Assembly (NCBI GenBank): GCA_905199545.1 | Contig: CAJKGW010000001.1 | Coordinates: 144,606 to 208,605, forward strand | Source of the DNA: an uncultured Collinsella sp. | GTDB taxonomy: Bacteria > Actinomycetota > Coriobacteriia > Coriobacteriales > Coriobacteriaceae | Reading direction: 5' to 3' | DNA: 64,000 nucleotides | In this document: positions 33,103 to 42,756 of the stretch, piece after piece | How the letters are laid out: every line of letters begins with the position of its first letter | How positions within the stretch are numbered: position 1 is the first letter of the stretch | Notes under the pieces: model-generated | What the model saw: only the letters and a program-made list of their open reading frames with translations | What the model was told of the DNA's origin: nothing | Database searches by the model: none | Translations under genes and position numbers: made by a program

Positions 33103-34012
33103 CATCGCCGGCCTCCTTGGCGCCATCGGCGTTTGAGCCCGCAGCCTCGCGCTTTGCCTTGCGCTCGGCGTTAAGCTCGGCATCACTCTCGCGCACCAGC
33201 TTGATAATCGCCGCGCACGCCTCTTCGCCCACCAGGTCGCGGGCACGGACCGTCAGGCGCGTAGCCTCCTGCTTGTCGCCGTCGCTTGCAGCATCGGTCG
33301 CGCACATGATCAGGCAGATGGCGATCTCGGCCGAAGGCGAGGTCGGCACGCCCTGCAGGGCGAGCTCACCCATCACATGGTCGTCACTCTCGTCCGCGGC
33401 ATCCGGATAGGTGGTATGGATCTTGTTGAGCAGGCGCGTCGTATGCGCATCGTTGGGCGCCAGGCGCAGCGCCAGACGCGCGCAGCCCACGGCAGCCGAA
33501 ATGTTCTCGGTCTCGGGCTCCAAGAAGTACTGACCCAAATTGGTGTAGGCGCGTGCGGCGCACTTACCGTCGCTCGCGCGCTCCAGCACCGAGAACGAGA
33601 GCGATGCCCACTCCTGCTTGTCCTCGAGCGCGCGGAACAGCTCGGCCAAGTCCAAGCGATAGTTGCAGTTCATGGGATCCCAACGCACGGCCTGCATCAG
33701 GGCATTCCGAGCACTCACATAATCCTGCTGGCGAATGTAGGCAAACGCCATGTCGGAGTACAGGCGGTCAAAGGGAACCTCGACCTGCACCAGCTCGCGC
33801 GGATCCTTCTCCACGCGGCGATAGGCCAGGCGCTCAAACTTGCTGTCGAAGCTAAAGTACTGGCGCTTCTCCTCCGTCTTGCACTCGGCGTCGATATACT
33901 CCTCGGCGAGCTCCACCAGACGCTCCAACAGCGGCGTCGCCGTAGCCAGGTCGCCCTGCGCCAGATAGTTCTCGGCATACGTGATGTCTTCCAAGCTGAT
34001 AGGCAGGTCCAT
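33095..34012 (-). CDS. TPR-like repeat protein, hypothetical
   Basis: 305-aa acidic helical protein. Its 3' end overlaps the smpB start by 8 nt. Confidence 0.5.
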   Translation of the reverse strand: MDLPISLEDITYAENYLAQGDLATATPLLERLVELAEEYIDAECKTEEKRQYFSFDSKFERLAYRRVEKDPRELVQVEVPFDRLYSDMAFAYIRQQDYVSARNALMQAVRWDPMNCNYRLDLAELFRALEDKQEWASLSFSVLERASDGKCAARAYTNLGQYFLEPETENISAAVGCARLALRLAPNDAHTTRLLNKIHTTYPDAADESDDHVMGELALQGVPTSPSAEIAICLIMCATDAASDGDKQEATRLTVRARDLVGEEACAAIIKLVRESDAELNAERKAKREAAGSNADGAKEAGDAQ

Positions 34013-34109
34013 GACAACTCCTCGGTCCGGGCGGCAGACTCAACGCGCGCCTTAAATATCGGTCAATACACAAAACCCGGGTCTCTTACGAGGCCCGGGC
34101 GTTCAATTT

Positions 34110-34186
34110 TGGTAGCCCGTACCAGATTCGAACTGGTGATCTCCGCCTTGAGAGGGCGGCGTCCTAAACCGCTAGACGAACGGGCC
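34110..34186 (-). tRNA. tRNA-Glu (anticodon CTC)
   Basis: Reverse strand GGCCCGTTCGTCTAGCGGTTTAGGACGCCGCCCTCTCAAGGCGG...GGTTCGAATC-like T-arm...ACGGGCTACCA. A cloverleaf can be drawn. Confidence 0.8.
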
Positions 34187-34203
34187 ATATGTAGCAAATG
34201 CAA

Positions 34204-34277
34204 TGGCTGGGATGGAGGGAGTCGAACCCCCATTGACGGAACCAGAATCCGCTGTCCTGCCATTAGACGACATCCCA
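34204..34277 (-). tRNA. tRNA-Gln (anticodon CTG)
   Basis: Reverse strand TGGGATGTCGTCTAATGGCAGGACAGCGGATTCTGGTTCCG...GGGGGTTCGACTCCCTCCATCCCAGCCA. Confidence 0.8.
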
Positions 34278-34553
34278 ATGACTGCATCGCTGCGCTCGGC
34301 TGTGCCTTTGCGCAAGAAAGAAATATACGGGAAGTACCGCCGTGACGCAAGCCCCAATTTTGACTTTTTTAAAATTCAGCCAAATTGGCCTAATTTAGTC
34401 CAACCCGTGAAGGACCTGTGAAGCCGACCGCTGCACACGAAGGGCAAAACGCCGCGAGCGGTAGCCGTCAACCGTTGGCAGATTCTACCGTGAAAACGAT
34501 AGCACCAGGCAACACAATCGGAGTATCAATGATCGCGTAGATATCGAGGCGCC

Positions 34554-34964
34554 ATGGACGAAGAGCTTGATTACCTATGGGAGACCCTGGGCCTCGAGAT
34601 CACTGCTGACCTTTGGCCCGAACGGGACAAAATCCATCCCACACTGCGCCCCGCCATCACGGTGATGCAGGCAAACTACCGCCGTGCATCCTTTTTGATC
34701 ATGCGGATGTCATGGCACGCGGGACTCCCCGACCTTAAGCGAATCCAGGCAAGCCTCGTCGAGCTGTCCGGCATGCCGACCGTCATATCCGAGGCGCGCC
34801 TGGAGCAGCGCCAGCGCGAGCGACTGCAACAGCAGCGGATTCCCTTTATCTGCCCCGGCATTCAGGCATACCTGCCCTTTATGGACGAGGAGTACTGGAG
34901 CGGCAAGCCCAACAAGCACGTAAAGGTCTACGATCCGCACGAATGGGCACAGCTGAAGGACTGA
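34554..34964 (+). CDS. Hypothetical protein
   Basis: 136-aa ORF with no recognisable motif. Confidence 0.45.
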   Translation: MDEELDYLWETLGLEITADLWPERDKIHPTLRPAITVMQANYRRASFLIMRMSWHAGLPDLKRIQASLVELSGMPTVISEARLEQRQRERLQQQRIPFICPGIQAYLPFMDEEYWSGKPNKHVKVYDPHEWAQLKD

Positions 34965-35009
34965 CTGGGGCAGGCCCGCACTCGAAATGGGACGTACTTT
35001 CCGCAGCCG

Positions 35010-35369
35010 CTACAGCAACGCCTCGGCCCAAGCCGATTCCCTAAAGCCGGGAATCACAAAGTCGTCGCCCACCAGCAGCGGACGCTTGACCAGCATGCCG
35101 TCGGTCGCCAGCAGCTCGTAGCACTCCCGATCCGTCATGCCCGCATCCAGGCGCGCCTTCAGGCCCAGCTCTCGATATTTCATGCCCGACGAATTAAAGA
35201 AGCGCCGCACCGGCAGCCCCGAACGAGCAATCCAGGTCGCTAGCTCATCAGCCGTGGGATTGTCCAAAACGATATCGCGGTCGATATACTCTACCCCGTG
35301 TTCGTCCAGCCACGCCTTGGCCTTTTTGCAGGTCGAGCACTTGGGATATTCAACAAACAGTACGGTCAT
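35010..35369 (-). CDS. ArsC/Spx/YffB-family thioredoxin-fold protein
   Basis: MTVLFVEYPKCSTCKKAKAWL with a CxxC-like N-terminal cysteine context typical of the family. Start at the internal M. Confidence 0.7.
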   Translation of the reverse strand: MTVLFVEYPKCSTCKKAKAWLDEHGVEYIDRDIVLDNPTADELATWIARSGLPVRRFFNSSGMKYRELGLKARLDAGMTDRECYELLATDGMLVKRPLLVGDDFVIPGFRESAWAEALL

Positions 35370-35491
35370 GGGATTTCCTTTCTTAGAGAAAACAGGTGTC
35401 TGGAAAACTGCACATCGACGGCCACTCGCGATTGCAGCCGTTATTGTAGTCAATGTCGAAGCGCAGGCAGTCGCGATGTCTCGTCTTAAGG

Positions 35492-36073
35492 CTAGCGCCT
35501 CGCATGGGCGCCGATCGGCCGATTCGCATGGCGCACCAACGCCGCCGCCAGCAATACCAACAGCATGGCGGTGACATAGCCCGCAGCATCGAATCCTAGA
35601 TCGATAACGTCGAAATGCCTGCCGGGAACAAAGATCTTATGTACCTGATCGCCAACGGAGCAGGCGGCGCAAAAGAGCAATACGGGCACGCAACGGGAGC
35701 ATACGCTCCACGGACGCCTGGAAAAGCAAACCACGACCACCGAGGCGAACAATCCGACGAAGAAAAACTCTACGGTATGGGCAACGCGACGGACGTTCGT
35801 GCCCACCCACATGCGAATGGAAGCAAGTCGGCCAGACCGGACATTCGAGGCAGCCGAATCGGCGCCCCCGGTCATTCCGTTCTCCGTCTGGGCTTCACCC
35901 GTGGCATCGACAGCCTGAACGCCCGTAGCCTGACCCTCTACCACACGCGCGGTGGACTCGCTCAGCAACGACGTCTCCACCGCATTTTGCTCCGTCAGCA
36001 CCCAGATGCCCGCCAGCGTTACAACGAACAGAACGATCGCGGTCCATCCGATTATTTGTTTTACGCGCGACAA
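35492..36073 (-). CDS. VanZ-family membrane protein
   Basis: TM helices with a GDQVHKIFVPGRHFDVIDLGFDAAG motif typical of VanZ-like proteins. Confidence 0.55.
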   Translation of the reverse strand: MSRVKQIIGWTAIVLFVVTLAGIWVLTEQNAVETSLLSESTARVVEGQATGVQAVDATGEAQTENGMTGGADSAASNVRSGRLASIRMWVGTNVRRVAHTVEFFFVGLFASVVVVCFSRRPWSVCSRCVPVLLFCAACSVGDQVHKIFVPGRHFDVIDLGFDAAGYVTAMLLVLLAAALVRHANRPIGAHARR

Positions 36074-36178
36074 GGGCCAACCTCCTTTTTTTGAATATCA
36101 GCGAGTGTAGCCCCAAATGACATCGTCACCGTATCAAAATTTGAATCGCAACAGGAAGCGACAAAGCGACGCAAACCC

Positions 36179-36784
36179 CTACCCCGCCTCGCGCATCCAG
36201 CGATCGAACGTCCCCACGCACACGCCCAGGCACTTTGCTGCCTGGCTGCGGGTAATATCGCCCGCCTCATAGCTATCGCGTACCAGATCAAACTGAGGAG
36301 GGCACGGCTTGCGAGGTCGACCGAAACGAACCCCTCGCGCCCGCGCCGCTGCAATTCCCTCCGCCTGGCGCCGATGGATATTCTCGCGCTCCACCTGCGC
36401 CACGTAGCTCAGCAGTTGCAGCACAATATCGGCAATCAGGGTATTGGTCACATCCGGCGTGCCGCTTGCCCTGGCGCGCGTGTCAAGCAATGGCATGTCC
36501 AACACCACAATGGCAACCCCGAGCTCCTTGGTAATGCGTCGCCATTCCTCAAGAATCTCGGAGTAATTACGACCAAGTCGGTCGATAGAAAGCACCACCA
36601 GCACGTCCCCGTCTCCCAGGACGTGCAGCAGCTCGCGATAGCGCGGTCGATCGAAGTCCTTGCCGCTCGCATGGTCGGCATAAATATTCGCCGAGCCCAC
36701 GCCATAGGCGCCCAGCGCATCCAGCTGCCGATTAAGATTCTGATCGCGCGAACTCACCCGCGCATAACCATACACCGTCGCCAT
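36179..36784 (-). CDS. Small serine recombinase (resolvase/invertase family)
   Basis: N-terminal catalytic domain YARVSSRDQNLNRQ, SIDRLGRN, and a C-terminal HTH. Confidence 0.8.
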   Translation of the reverse strand: MATVYGYARVSSRDQNLNRQLDALGAYGVGSANIYADHASGKDFDRPRYRELLHVLGDGDVLVVLSIDRLGRNYSEILEEWRRITKELGVAIVVLDMPLLDTRARASGTPDVTNTLIADIVLQLLSYVAQVERENIHRRQAEGIAAARARGVRFGRPRKPCPPQFDLVRDSYEAGDITRSQAAKCLGVCVGTFDRWMREAG

Positions 36785-36906
36785 CTCATCCCCGCTTTCT
36801 TGTAAACCTGCCAAAAAGGGACAGGTTTATTTTGGTAGGTTTTACCTCTCAAATAGCAGGTAAGCGGGCGGCCGAGCAGACGGCAAGGTAGCCATGATCC
36901 AAATGC

Positions 36907-36935
36907 GGAGGGCGGCCCCGAAAGACCGCCCTCCG
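36907..36935 (-). terminator. rnr terminator hairpin
   Basis: GGAGGGCGG...CCGCCCTCC. Confidence 0.5.
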
Positions 36936-36961
36936 CTCTCCCGCCATGAGTCGAGATTTGG

Positions 36962-39097
36962 CTAATGGATAAGCTTAAAGTCCAAGTGCCCACGCGTGGT
37001 ATTGACGCGCGAGACCTCGATAATCACGCGCTGGCCCAGTTCATAGCGAGTCCCCGTGTCGGCGCCCGTCAGCGTAAGCGCATCCTCGTCGAACTCGAAC
37101 CACTCGTTGCCCAGGCTCTTGATCGAAACCAAGCCTTCGACCTGCGTCAGGTCCAAGCGCACAAAGAGGCCCATGCTGCTAACCCACGAGACGGTTCCGG
37201 CATAGCGCTCGCCCAGACGGTCCTCATAGTACTGGGCAATCTTGATCTTTTGCGTCGCATGGCTGGCGGCATCGGCCGCACGCTCCGCATCGCTGCATGC
37301 GCGGCAGATCTGCGGCAGAATGCGCGGCAGCGACTCGCGCCCCTTGCCGATCAGCCGCGGCGTACGGACCAGGGCGTCCTTGCCGCCGAGCTGTTCATAG
37401 GCCAACTGCAGTTTGAGCACGCGGTGCACCACCAGATCGGGGTAGCGACGGATGGGACTCGTAAAGTGACAGTAGCACGGCGCGGCGAGCGCAAAGTGAC
37501 CCTCGTTGCGCGGCTTGTACAGTGCGCGCTGCATGCTGCGCAGAAGCAGCGTGTTGACGAGCGGTGCGTTGGCCGTACCGGCGGCAGCATCAACTGCAGC
37601 CTGTAGCTCATCGGGACTCCCCAGGGCGATACCGGCAGCACGGCGATCGTCGATGATGCCTAGCTGCGCCAGCGCAACGGCGGCACCGTGCAGGCTATCG
37701 GGGCTCGGATCCTCATGCACGCGATAGCAGGCCTCGATATCACGGTCTGCCAGCCACTCTGCAACGCACTCGTTGGCGAGTAGCATGGCTTCCTCGATAA
37801 GCGACGTGGCACACGAACGCTCGCGCGCCACAATCTGCACGGGCACTCCGTCCTCATCCAATAGAGCGCGAATCTCGGCCGTGTCAAAATCGACTGAGCC
37901 GCGGGCACGACGAATACGACGGCGAAGTTCGGCGAGTTCGTTGGCGGCGACAAGGAAATCGCCGAGGTCGACGTTATAGCCGCGAGCAGTTTCCTCGCAC
38001 GCAAGACCGCGCTCAAGCGCCTCCTCGCGCGAGGCCTCAGCAGCCGCAACATCCTCAGCGGCGCCTTCCAGCACCGAATACTCAACAGCGTCGGCACGCA
38101 CCAGCAGCGCCTCGGCGCCGTCATAGTCCATACGCACACGCGAGCGAATCACGCTGGGGTACGGATCGTAATGCCGCACGCGACCCTGCGCATCGAGCTC
38201 AATGTCAACGGTAAACGCAAGACGGTCCTCGTCAGGGCGAAGAGAGCATAGGTCACAGGACAGGCGTTCGGGCAGCATGGGAAGCACGCGATCGGCCAGA
38301 TACACCGATGTCGTACGATGGCGAGCCTCAAGATCGATATGCCCGTCCCAAGCCACATAGTGAGAAACGTCAGCGATATGCACACCCAGCTTGTAGCCAC
38401 CCTCGGGCGTGCGCTCAAGCGAAATGGCATCGTCAAAGTCGCGCGCGTCGACCGGGTCGATCGTGATGACAAAGCGGTCGCGCAGATCGCGGCGGAGCGG
38501 GTCCTTAAGCGCCGCGGACACATCGAGCGAAAGCCCCTCGGCCTCGTCCAGCGCGGCCTCGGGATAGCTATCGGTATAGCCGTAACGCGCCATCACGTAT
38601 TGAACGCCCAAATCGGGCGCGTCATCTCCGCCAATGCGGCGTTCGATCGTCACGGTGCCCGATTCCAGGCGCGTCGGGTAGGTCAAAATGCGCGCGACAA
38701 CGGCATCACCCGGGTGGACGCCCAGACGATCCGCCGAGGTATCCTCGGGCAGAATGAAGAAGTCGGCCTTCAGGCGCGAATCGAGCGGCTCGATCACACC
38801 GAGCGGACCAGCGGTCTGGTACGTACCCACCACGCTTATGGCTGCGCGCTCAACCACGCCTTCGATCACGGCGCGCCGCTCACCGTGCGGGCTGTTCTTA
38901 ATGCTCACGGCAACGGTGTCGCCGTCCATGATCTCGCGCTTACCGCGGCCCATAACCTTGTAGTCGCCGCTCTCGGTTATGACATAGGCGCCATGCTCAT
39001 GGAGCTGCACGCGCCCGGTCAGGCTCGGACGGCGTTCGCTGCGCACCGGCCCACGCTTATTGCGAGCACCGCGCTTATGCTTGTTATTGCGCCCCAT
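36962..39097 (-). CDS. rnr: Ribonuclease R
   Basis: RNB catalytic domain motifs and a C-terminal S1 domain. N-terminal basic region. Confidence 0.9.
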   Translation of the reverse strand: MGRNNKHKRGARNKRGPVRSERRPSLTGRVQLHEHGAYVITESGDYKVMGRGKREIMDGDTVAVSIKNSPHGERRAVIEGVVERAAISVVGTYQTAGPLGVIEPLDSRLKADFFILPEDTSADRLGVHPGDAVVARILTYPTRLESGTVTIERRIGGDDAPDLGVQYVMARYGYTDSYPEAALDEAEGLSLDVSAALKDPLRRDLRDRFVITIDPVDARDFDDAISLERTPEGGYKLGVHIADVSHYVAWDGHIDLEARHRTTSVYLADRVLPMLPERLSCDLCSLRPDEDRLAFTVDIELDAQGRVRHYDPYPSVIRSRVRMDYDGAEALLVRADAVEYSVLEGAAEDVAAAEASREEALERGLACEETARGYNVDLGDFLVAANELAELRRRIRRARGSVDFDTAEIRALLDEDGVPVQIVARERSCATSLIEEAMLLANECVAEWLADRDIEACYRVHEDPSPDSLHGAAVALAQLGIIDDRRAAGIALGSPDELQAAVDAAAGTANAPLVNTLLLRSMQRALYKPRNEGHFALAAPCYCHFTSPIRRYPDLVVHRVLKLQLAYEQLGGKDALVRTPRLIGKGRESLPRILPQICRACSDAERAADAASHATQKIKIAQYYEDRLGERYAGTVSWVSSMGLFVRLDLTQVEGLVSIKSLGNEWFEFDEDALTLTGADTGTRYELGQRVIIEVSRVNTTRGHLDFKLIH

Positions 39098-39232
39098 GGC
39101 GCCTCCTTGCTATCGATGACGAACTCCAAAGAGTCTACCCAAATGATTCGCTTTCCTGCCGTCCCCTAGAGATCAAAAAACGGGCCGCCCCATAAGAGAC
39201 GACCCGTTGGAAGGGATGAATTCCAGGCATGC

Positions 39233-40153
39233 CTACACGCGCAGGTAGCGGCGCATGGCTATGGCAGAACCAAAGAGACCGATAATCACACCGACCAGAA
39301 TCAGCGCAGCATAGGTCACCAGGTAGTACTGCATCGGCAGGGCAAACGACATCCAGCCGATGCTCTCCTGCAAACGCGGAATCATCAGATTGCGCAGCAG
39401 CTCCAGAACGCCGATGGAAAGCAGCGAGCCCAAAATGGCCTGCAGTACGCCCTCGGTGATAAACGGGCCGCGAATGAAGCCGTTGCTGGCGCCGACCAGA
39501 CGCATAATCGCAATCTCACGACGACGCGCCGTGATGGACAGGCGAATCGTGTTGTTGATGAAGATGAATGCGATAAAGGTCAAAAGGCCAACGAGCACCA
39601 CGGCGGCGATGCGGATGTAGTTGGTCACCTGGAACAGGCGGCTCACTTCCTCTTGGCCGTACAGCACGCTCGCGTTGACGTCGCCGTCATCCGCGATCTT
39701 CTGGAAGTCGGCGTTCTTCTTGAGCTTCTGGGCCGTGCTCTCGACCTTGGACGGATCGTCCATCTCAATTGCAAACGAAGCCGGCAGCGGGTTCTGGCCA
39801 TCGAGCGCGCTCATGGTGGCGTCGGCGTTGCCCGACATCTTGCTCGTATACTCGGCCAGCGCGTCGTCCTTGTCCTTGTACGTCACGGACTTGACGTTGC
39901 TCCACGTCTTGAGCTCAGCCTCAAAAGCCTGAACATCGGCCTGATCGGCGTCATCGCTAATAAAGGCGTTGATGACGACCTGATCCTCGACGGTGCCGAT
40001 CACGGAGTTCAGCATCGCGGAGCCCATGATGAACAGGCCGATGATAAACAGCGAAAGGAAGATCGTGATGACGGCGCCGAGCGAGGTAGTCCAGTTACGG
40101 AAGAAGTGACTGATTGCCTCTTTGAAGGAGTAGCCCACGTTAGTTGGTGCCAT
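39233..40153 (-). CDS. ftsX: Cell division ABC transporter permease FtsX
   Basis: 4-TM topology with a large extracellular loop. Adjacent to ftsE. Confidence 0.85.
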   Translation of the reverse strand: MAPTNVGYSFKEAISHFFRNWTTSLGAVITIFLSLFIIGLFIMGSAMLNSVIGTVEDQVVINAFISDDADQADVQAFEAELKTWSNVKSVTYKDKDDALAEYTSKMSGNADATMSALDGQNPLPASFAIEMDDPSKVESTAQKLKKNADFQKIADDGDVNASVLYGQEEVSRLFQVTNYIRIAAVVLVGLLTFIAFIFINNTIRLSITARRREIAIMRLVGASNGFIRGPFITEGVLQAILGSLLSIGVLELLRNLMIPRLQESIGWMSFALPMQYYLVTYAALILVGVIIGLFGSAIAMRRYLRV

Positions 40154-41360
40154 AGTTGCCGTAACCTCCCCTCTCCTGGTCGCGGATAACGTGGCCGCCC
40201 TCGAGGGCGATCACGCGACGGTGCATGCTATCGACCATCTCGCGGTCGTGCGTGGCGACGATCACGGTGGTGCCGGTGCGGTTAATACGCTCGAGCAGCT
40301 TCATGATGCCCAGCGAGATCGCCGGGTCGAGGTTGCCCGTGGGCTCGTCGCAGATAAGCAGCGGCGGGCGGTTGACCATGGCGCGGGCAACGGCAACGCG
40401 CTGCTGCTCGCCACCGGAAAGCTGATCGGGCAGCGAGTCCATCTGATCGGCCAGGCCGACCAGACGCAGCACCTCGGGAACCTGGCTGCGAATGACACCC
40501 TTGGGCTTGCCGATGCACTGCAGGGCAAACGCCACGTTTTCGTAGGCGGATTTTTGAGGCAGAAGCTTAAAGTCCTGGAACACGGCGCCAATCTGACGGC
40601 GCAGGAACGGAACCTTGCGGTTCTTGATCTTCATGAGGTCCTGACCGGCAACCAAGATGCGGCCGCTCGTCGGCTTGACGTCGCGGTTGAGCGTCGACAG
40701 CAGCGTGGTCTTACCCGAGCCGGAATGACCGACCAGGAAGACGAACTCGCCCGGATAGATCTCGATGTTGATGTCGTCGAGTGCAGGCTTGTTGGGCTGT
40801 GCCGGATAGATCTTGGTGACATGCTCCATAAGGATGACGGGCTCGACACCGGCCTGCTTGGCCATCTTCTTGCGGCTGGCTTGCGGATCGATGGGCGCAA
40901 ACACCGACGTAAAATCGGGGTTGTTGAGCGCGTTATCGAGGCTTGCGACCTCGGCGGCCTGATCGCTCTCGACCACCGGGGCAGCAGGCTGCGTGGGATC
41001 GGGAATAGCGGCAAAGAGACCGGACTGCGCAGGCTGAGGAACCGGCGTCGCAGGGGCCATGGGGTCGGGAATGCCGGCCATGGTAGGCTGCGGCGTGGCG
41101 GCGCCAGCCTGAGGCTGCTCCACGCGAGCGGTCACGGCCTGAACGGGCTCAAAACCCGCCGTGCCGGAAAGCGCGACATCGCTGGTGGGATTGTAGGCAA
41201 AGGGATCGGATGCCGGCTGTGCCTGATCTGCCGGCTGAGCGGGGGCCTGAGCAACAGGCTGGCCCTCTGAATCCGGAGTGGCGAAACGACTGCCCTGGAC
41301 GCCTGTCTGCGTCTTGGGGGCATCATCGCCCGCACCGGAGGTACGGAAGTGGTTACCCAC
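40140..41360 (-). CDS. ftsE: Cell division ATP-binding protein FtsE with a ~170-aa P/Q/A-rich N-terminal extension
   Basis: Walker A GHSGSGKTT, LSGGEQQR signature and Walker B LLICDEPTGNLD. GTG start at complement 41358-41360 with an AAGGAG SD 5 nt upstream. Confidence 0.8.
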   Translation of the reverse strand: MGNHFRTSGAGDDAPKTQTGVQGSRFATPDSEGQPVAQAPAQPADQAQPASDPFAYNPTSDVALSGTAGFEPVQAVTARVEQPQAGAATPQPTMAGIPDPMAPATPVPQPAQSGLFAAIPDPTQPAAPVVESDQAAEVASLDNALNNPDFTSVFAPIDPQASRKKMAKQAGVEPVILMEHVTKIYPAQPNKPALDDINIEIYPGEFVFLVGHSGSGKTTLLSTLNRDVKPTSGRILVAGQDLMKIKNRKVPFLRRQIGAVFQDFKLLPQKSAYENVAFALQCIGKPKGVIRSQVPEVLRLVGLADQMDSLPDQLSGGEQQRVAVARAMVNRPPLLICDEPTGNLDPAISLGIMKLLERINRTGTTVIVATHDREMVDSMHRRVIALEGGHVIRDQERGGYGNYGTN

Positions 41361-41462
41361 TGGTGCTCCTTATCGTCGTGCGTTTAAACTACATGAGCGC
41401 TTTGTATTTTAGCAGCATTAGCTTTGCTGCACATAAGAAGCATGGCGGGGTTTGGTCCCACC

Positions 41463-41585
41463 GGCCGCGCACAGGGTTACCTCCCAAATCGTCCTCGGAC
41501 ATGTCGGCGCCCCCGCTGCGCGCTTCGCGCTGCGGGGGCGCCTCCGTCCTGCGGAAAGATTTGGGAGGTAACCCTGTGCGCGGCC
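41463..41585. repeat. 28-bp perfect inverted repeat (GGCCGCGCACAGGGTTACCTCCCAAATC) flanking a 67-bp GC-rich core with its own palindrome
   Basis: Direct reading. Left arm 41463-41490, right arm 41558-41585. Confidence 0.75.
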
Positions 41586-41808
41586 TGCGGCTACTATGGG
41601 GTCGCCGCGTGATCTTGGGGTGCTGCACATACAAAGTTGGGAGGGCTGAATTGCACGTTGCCGTACTGGGCCCTTTTCCCGAAGAAGGCCTTGCTTGATG
41701 CGGCACTGATTTTGCTGAAATATAAAAACAGGGGCGTCCTCTTTTTGAGGGCGTCCCTGTCTACGTCTATTTGCTATTGGCTTGTGGCCGATTTGAGCGG
41801 TGGTTGCT

Positions 41809-42756
41809 CTATGCCAAGAACTCCTTGGTGGTCGCCACGATGTTGGCGGCGTCCAGGCCGTACTTGTGCAGGAGCTCGGCACCCGGGCCGGACTCGCCGA
41901 AGGTGTCGTTGACACCGATCTTCTTGAGCGGCGTCGGGCACTGCTCGCACAGGACGTCGGCAACGGCGCTGCCCAGGCCACCGATCACAGAGTGCTCCTC
42001 AACGGTCACGACGTGGCCGGTCTTGGTGGCGCTCTTGACGATCAGGTCGGCATCGATGGGCTTGATGGTGTGCATGTTGATGACCTCGGCATCGATGCCC
42101 TCGGCAGCAAGCTGCTCGGCGGCCTCGAGAGCCTCGCCGACCATCAGGCCGCAGGCGATGATGGTCACATCGGCGCCCTCGCGCATGACAATGCCCTTAC
42201 CCAACTCGAACTTGTAGGTCTCGGGGTCGTTGATAACCGGCGAGGCCAGACGGGCAAAGCGCATGTACACGGGGCCGTCGCACTCGTAGGCGGCGCGCGT
42301 CACGGCGCGGGCCTCGACATCGTCGGCCGGAACGATAACGGTCATGCCGGGGATGACGCGCATCAGGGCGATATCCTCGCAGCACTGATGCGTAGCACCG
42401 TCCTCGCCCACCGAGATACCGGCGTGCGTGGCACCGATCTTAACGTTGAGGTGCGGGTAGCCGATGGAGTTACGGACCTGCTCAAAGGCGCGGCCGGCGG
42501 CGAACATGGCAAAAGTGCTCGCGAAGGCAACGCGACCGGTGGTTGCGATACCGGCGGCAACACCCATCAGGTTGCTCTCGGCGATACCCACATCGAAGAA
42601 ACGGTCGGGGCAGGCGGCCTTAAACTTACCGGTCTGCGTGGCGGCGGCCAGGTCGGCGTCGAGGACCACAAAGTCATCGTGCTCGTTGGCGAGCTCGACG
42701 AGGGCCTCGCCGTAGCTTACGCGCGTGGCGATTTTCTTGACGTCTGCCATCCTAGA
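41809..42756 (-). CDS. Transketolase, C-terminal subunit
   Basis: Pyrimidine-binding and C-terminal domains of a split transketolase. Confidence 0.9.
   Translation of the reverse strand, partial: SRMADVKKIATRVSYGEALVELANEHDDFVVLDADLAAATQTGKFKAACPDRFFDVGIAESNLMGVAAGIATTGRVAFASTFAMFAAGRAFEQVRNSIGYPHLNVKIGATHAGISVGEDGATHQCCEDIALMRVIPGMTVIVPADDVEARAVTRAAYECDGPVYMRFARLASPVINDPETYKFELGKGIVMREGADVTIIACGLMVGEALEAAEQLAAEGIDAEVINMHTIKPIDADLIVKSATKTGHVVTVEEHSVIGGLGSAVADVLCEQCPTPLKKIGVNDTFGESGPGAELLHKYGLDAANIVATTKEFLA

Noticed and set aside
32635-33246. Long form of SmpB with a 48-aa N-terminal extension
   Set aside because: The extension is Arg/Ala-rich, overlaps the upstream TPR-like gene in another frame, and the canonical SmpB N-terminus (MPSKRERKLISKN) begins at the internal ATG.
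41725-41770. CAGGGGCGTCCTC...GAGGGCGTCCCTG as a terminator hairpin
   Set aside because: The two halves are direct-like, not reverse complements (GGGGCGTCCT versus GGGCGTCCCT), so no stem forms.
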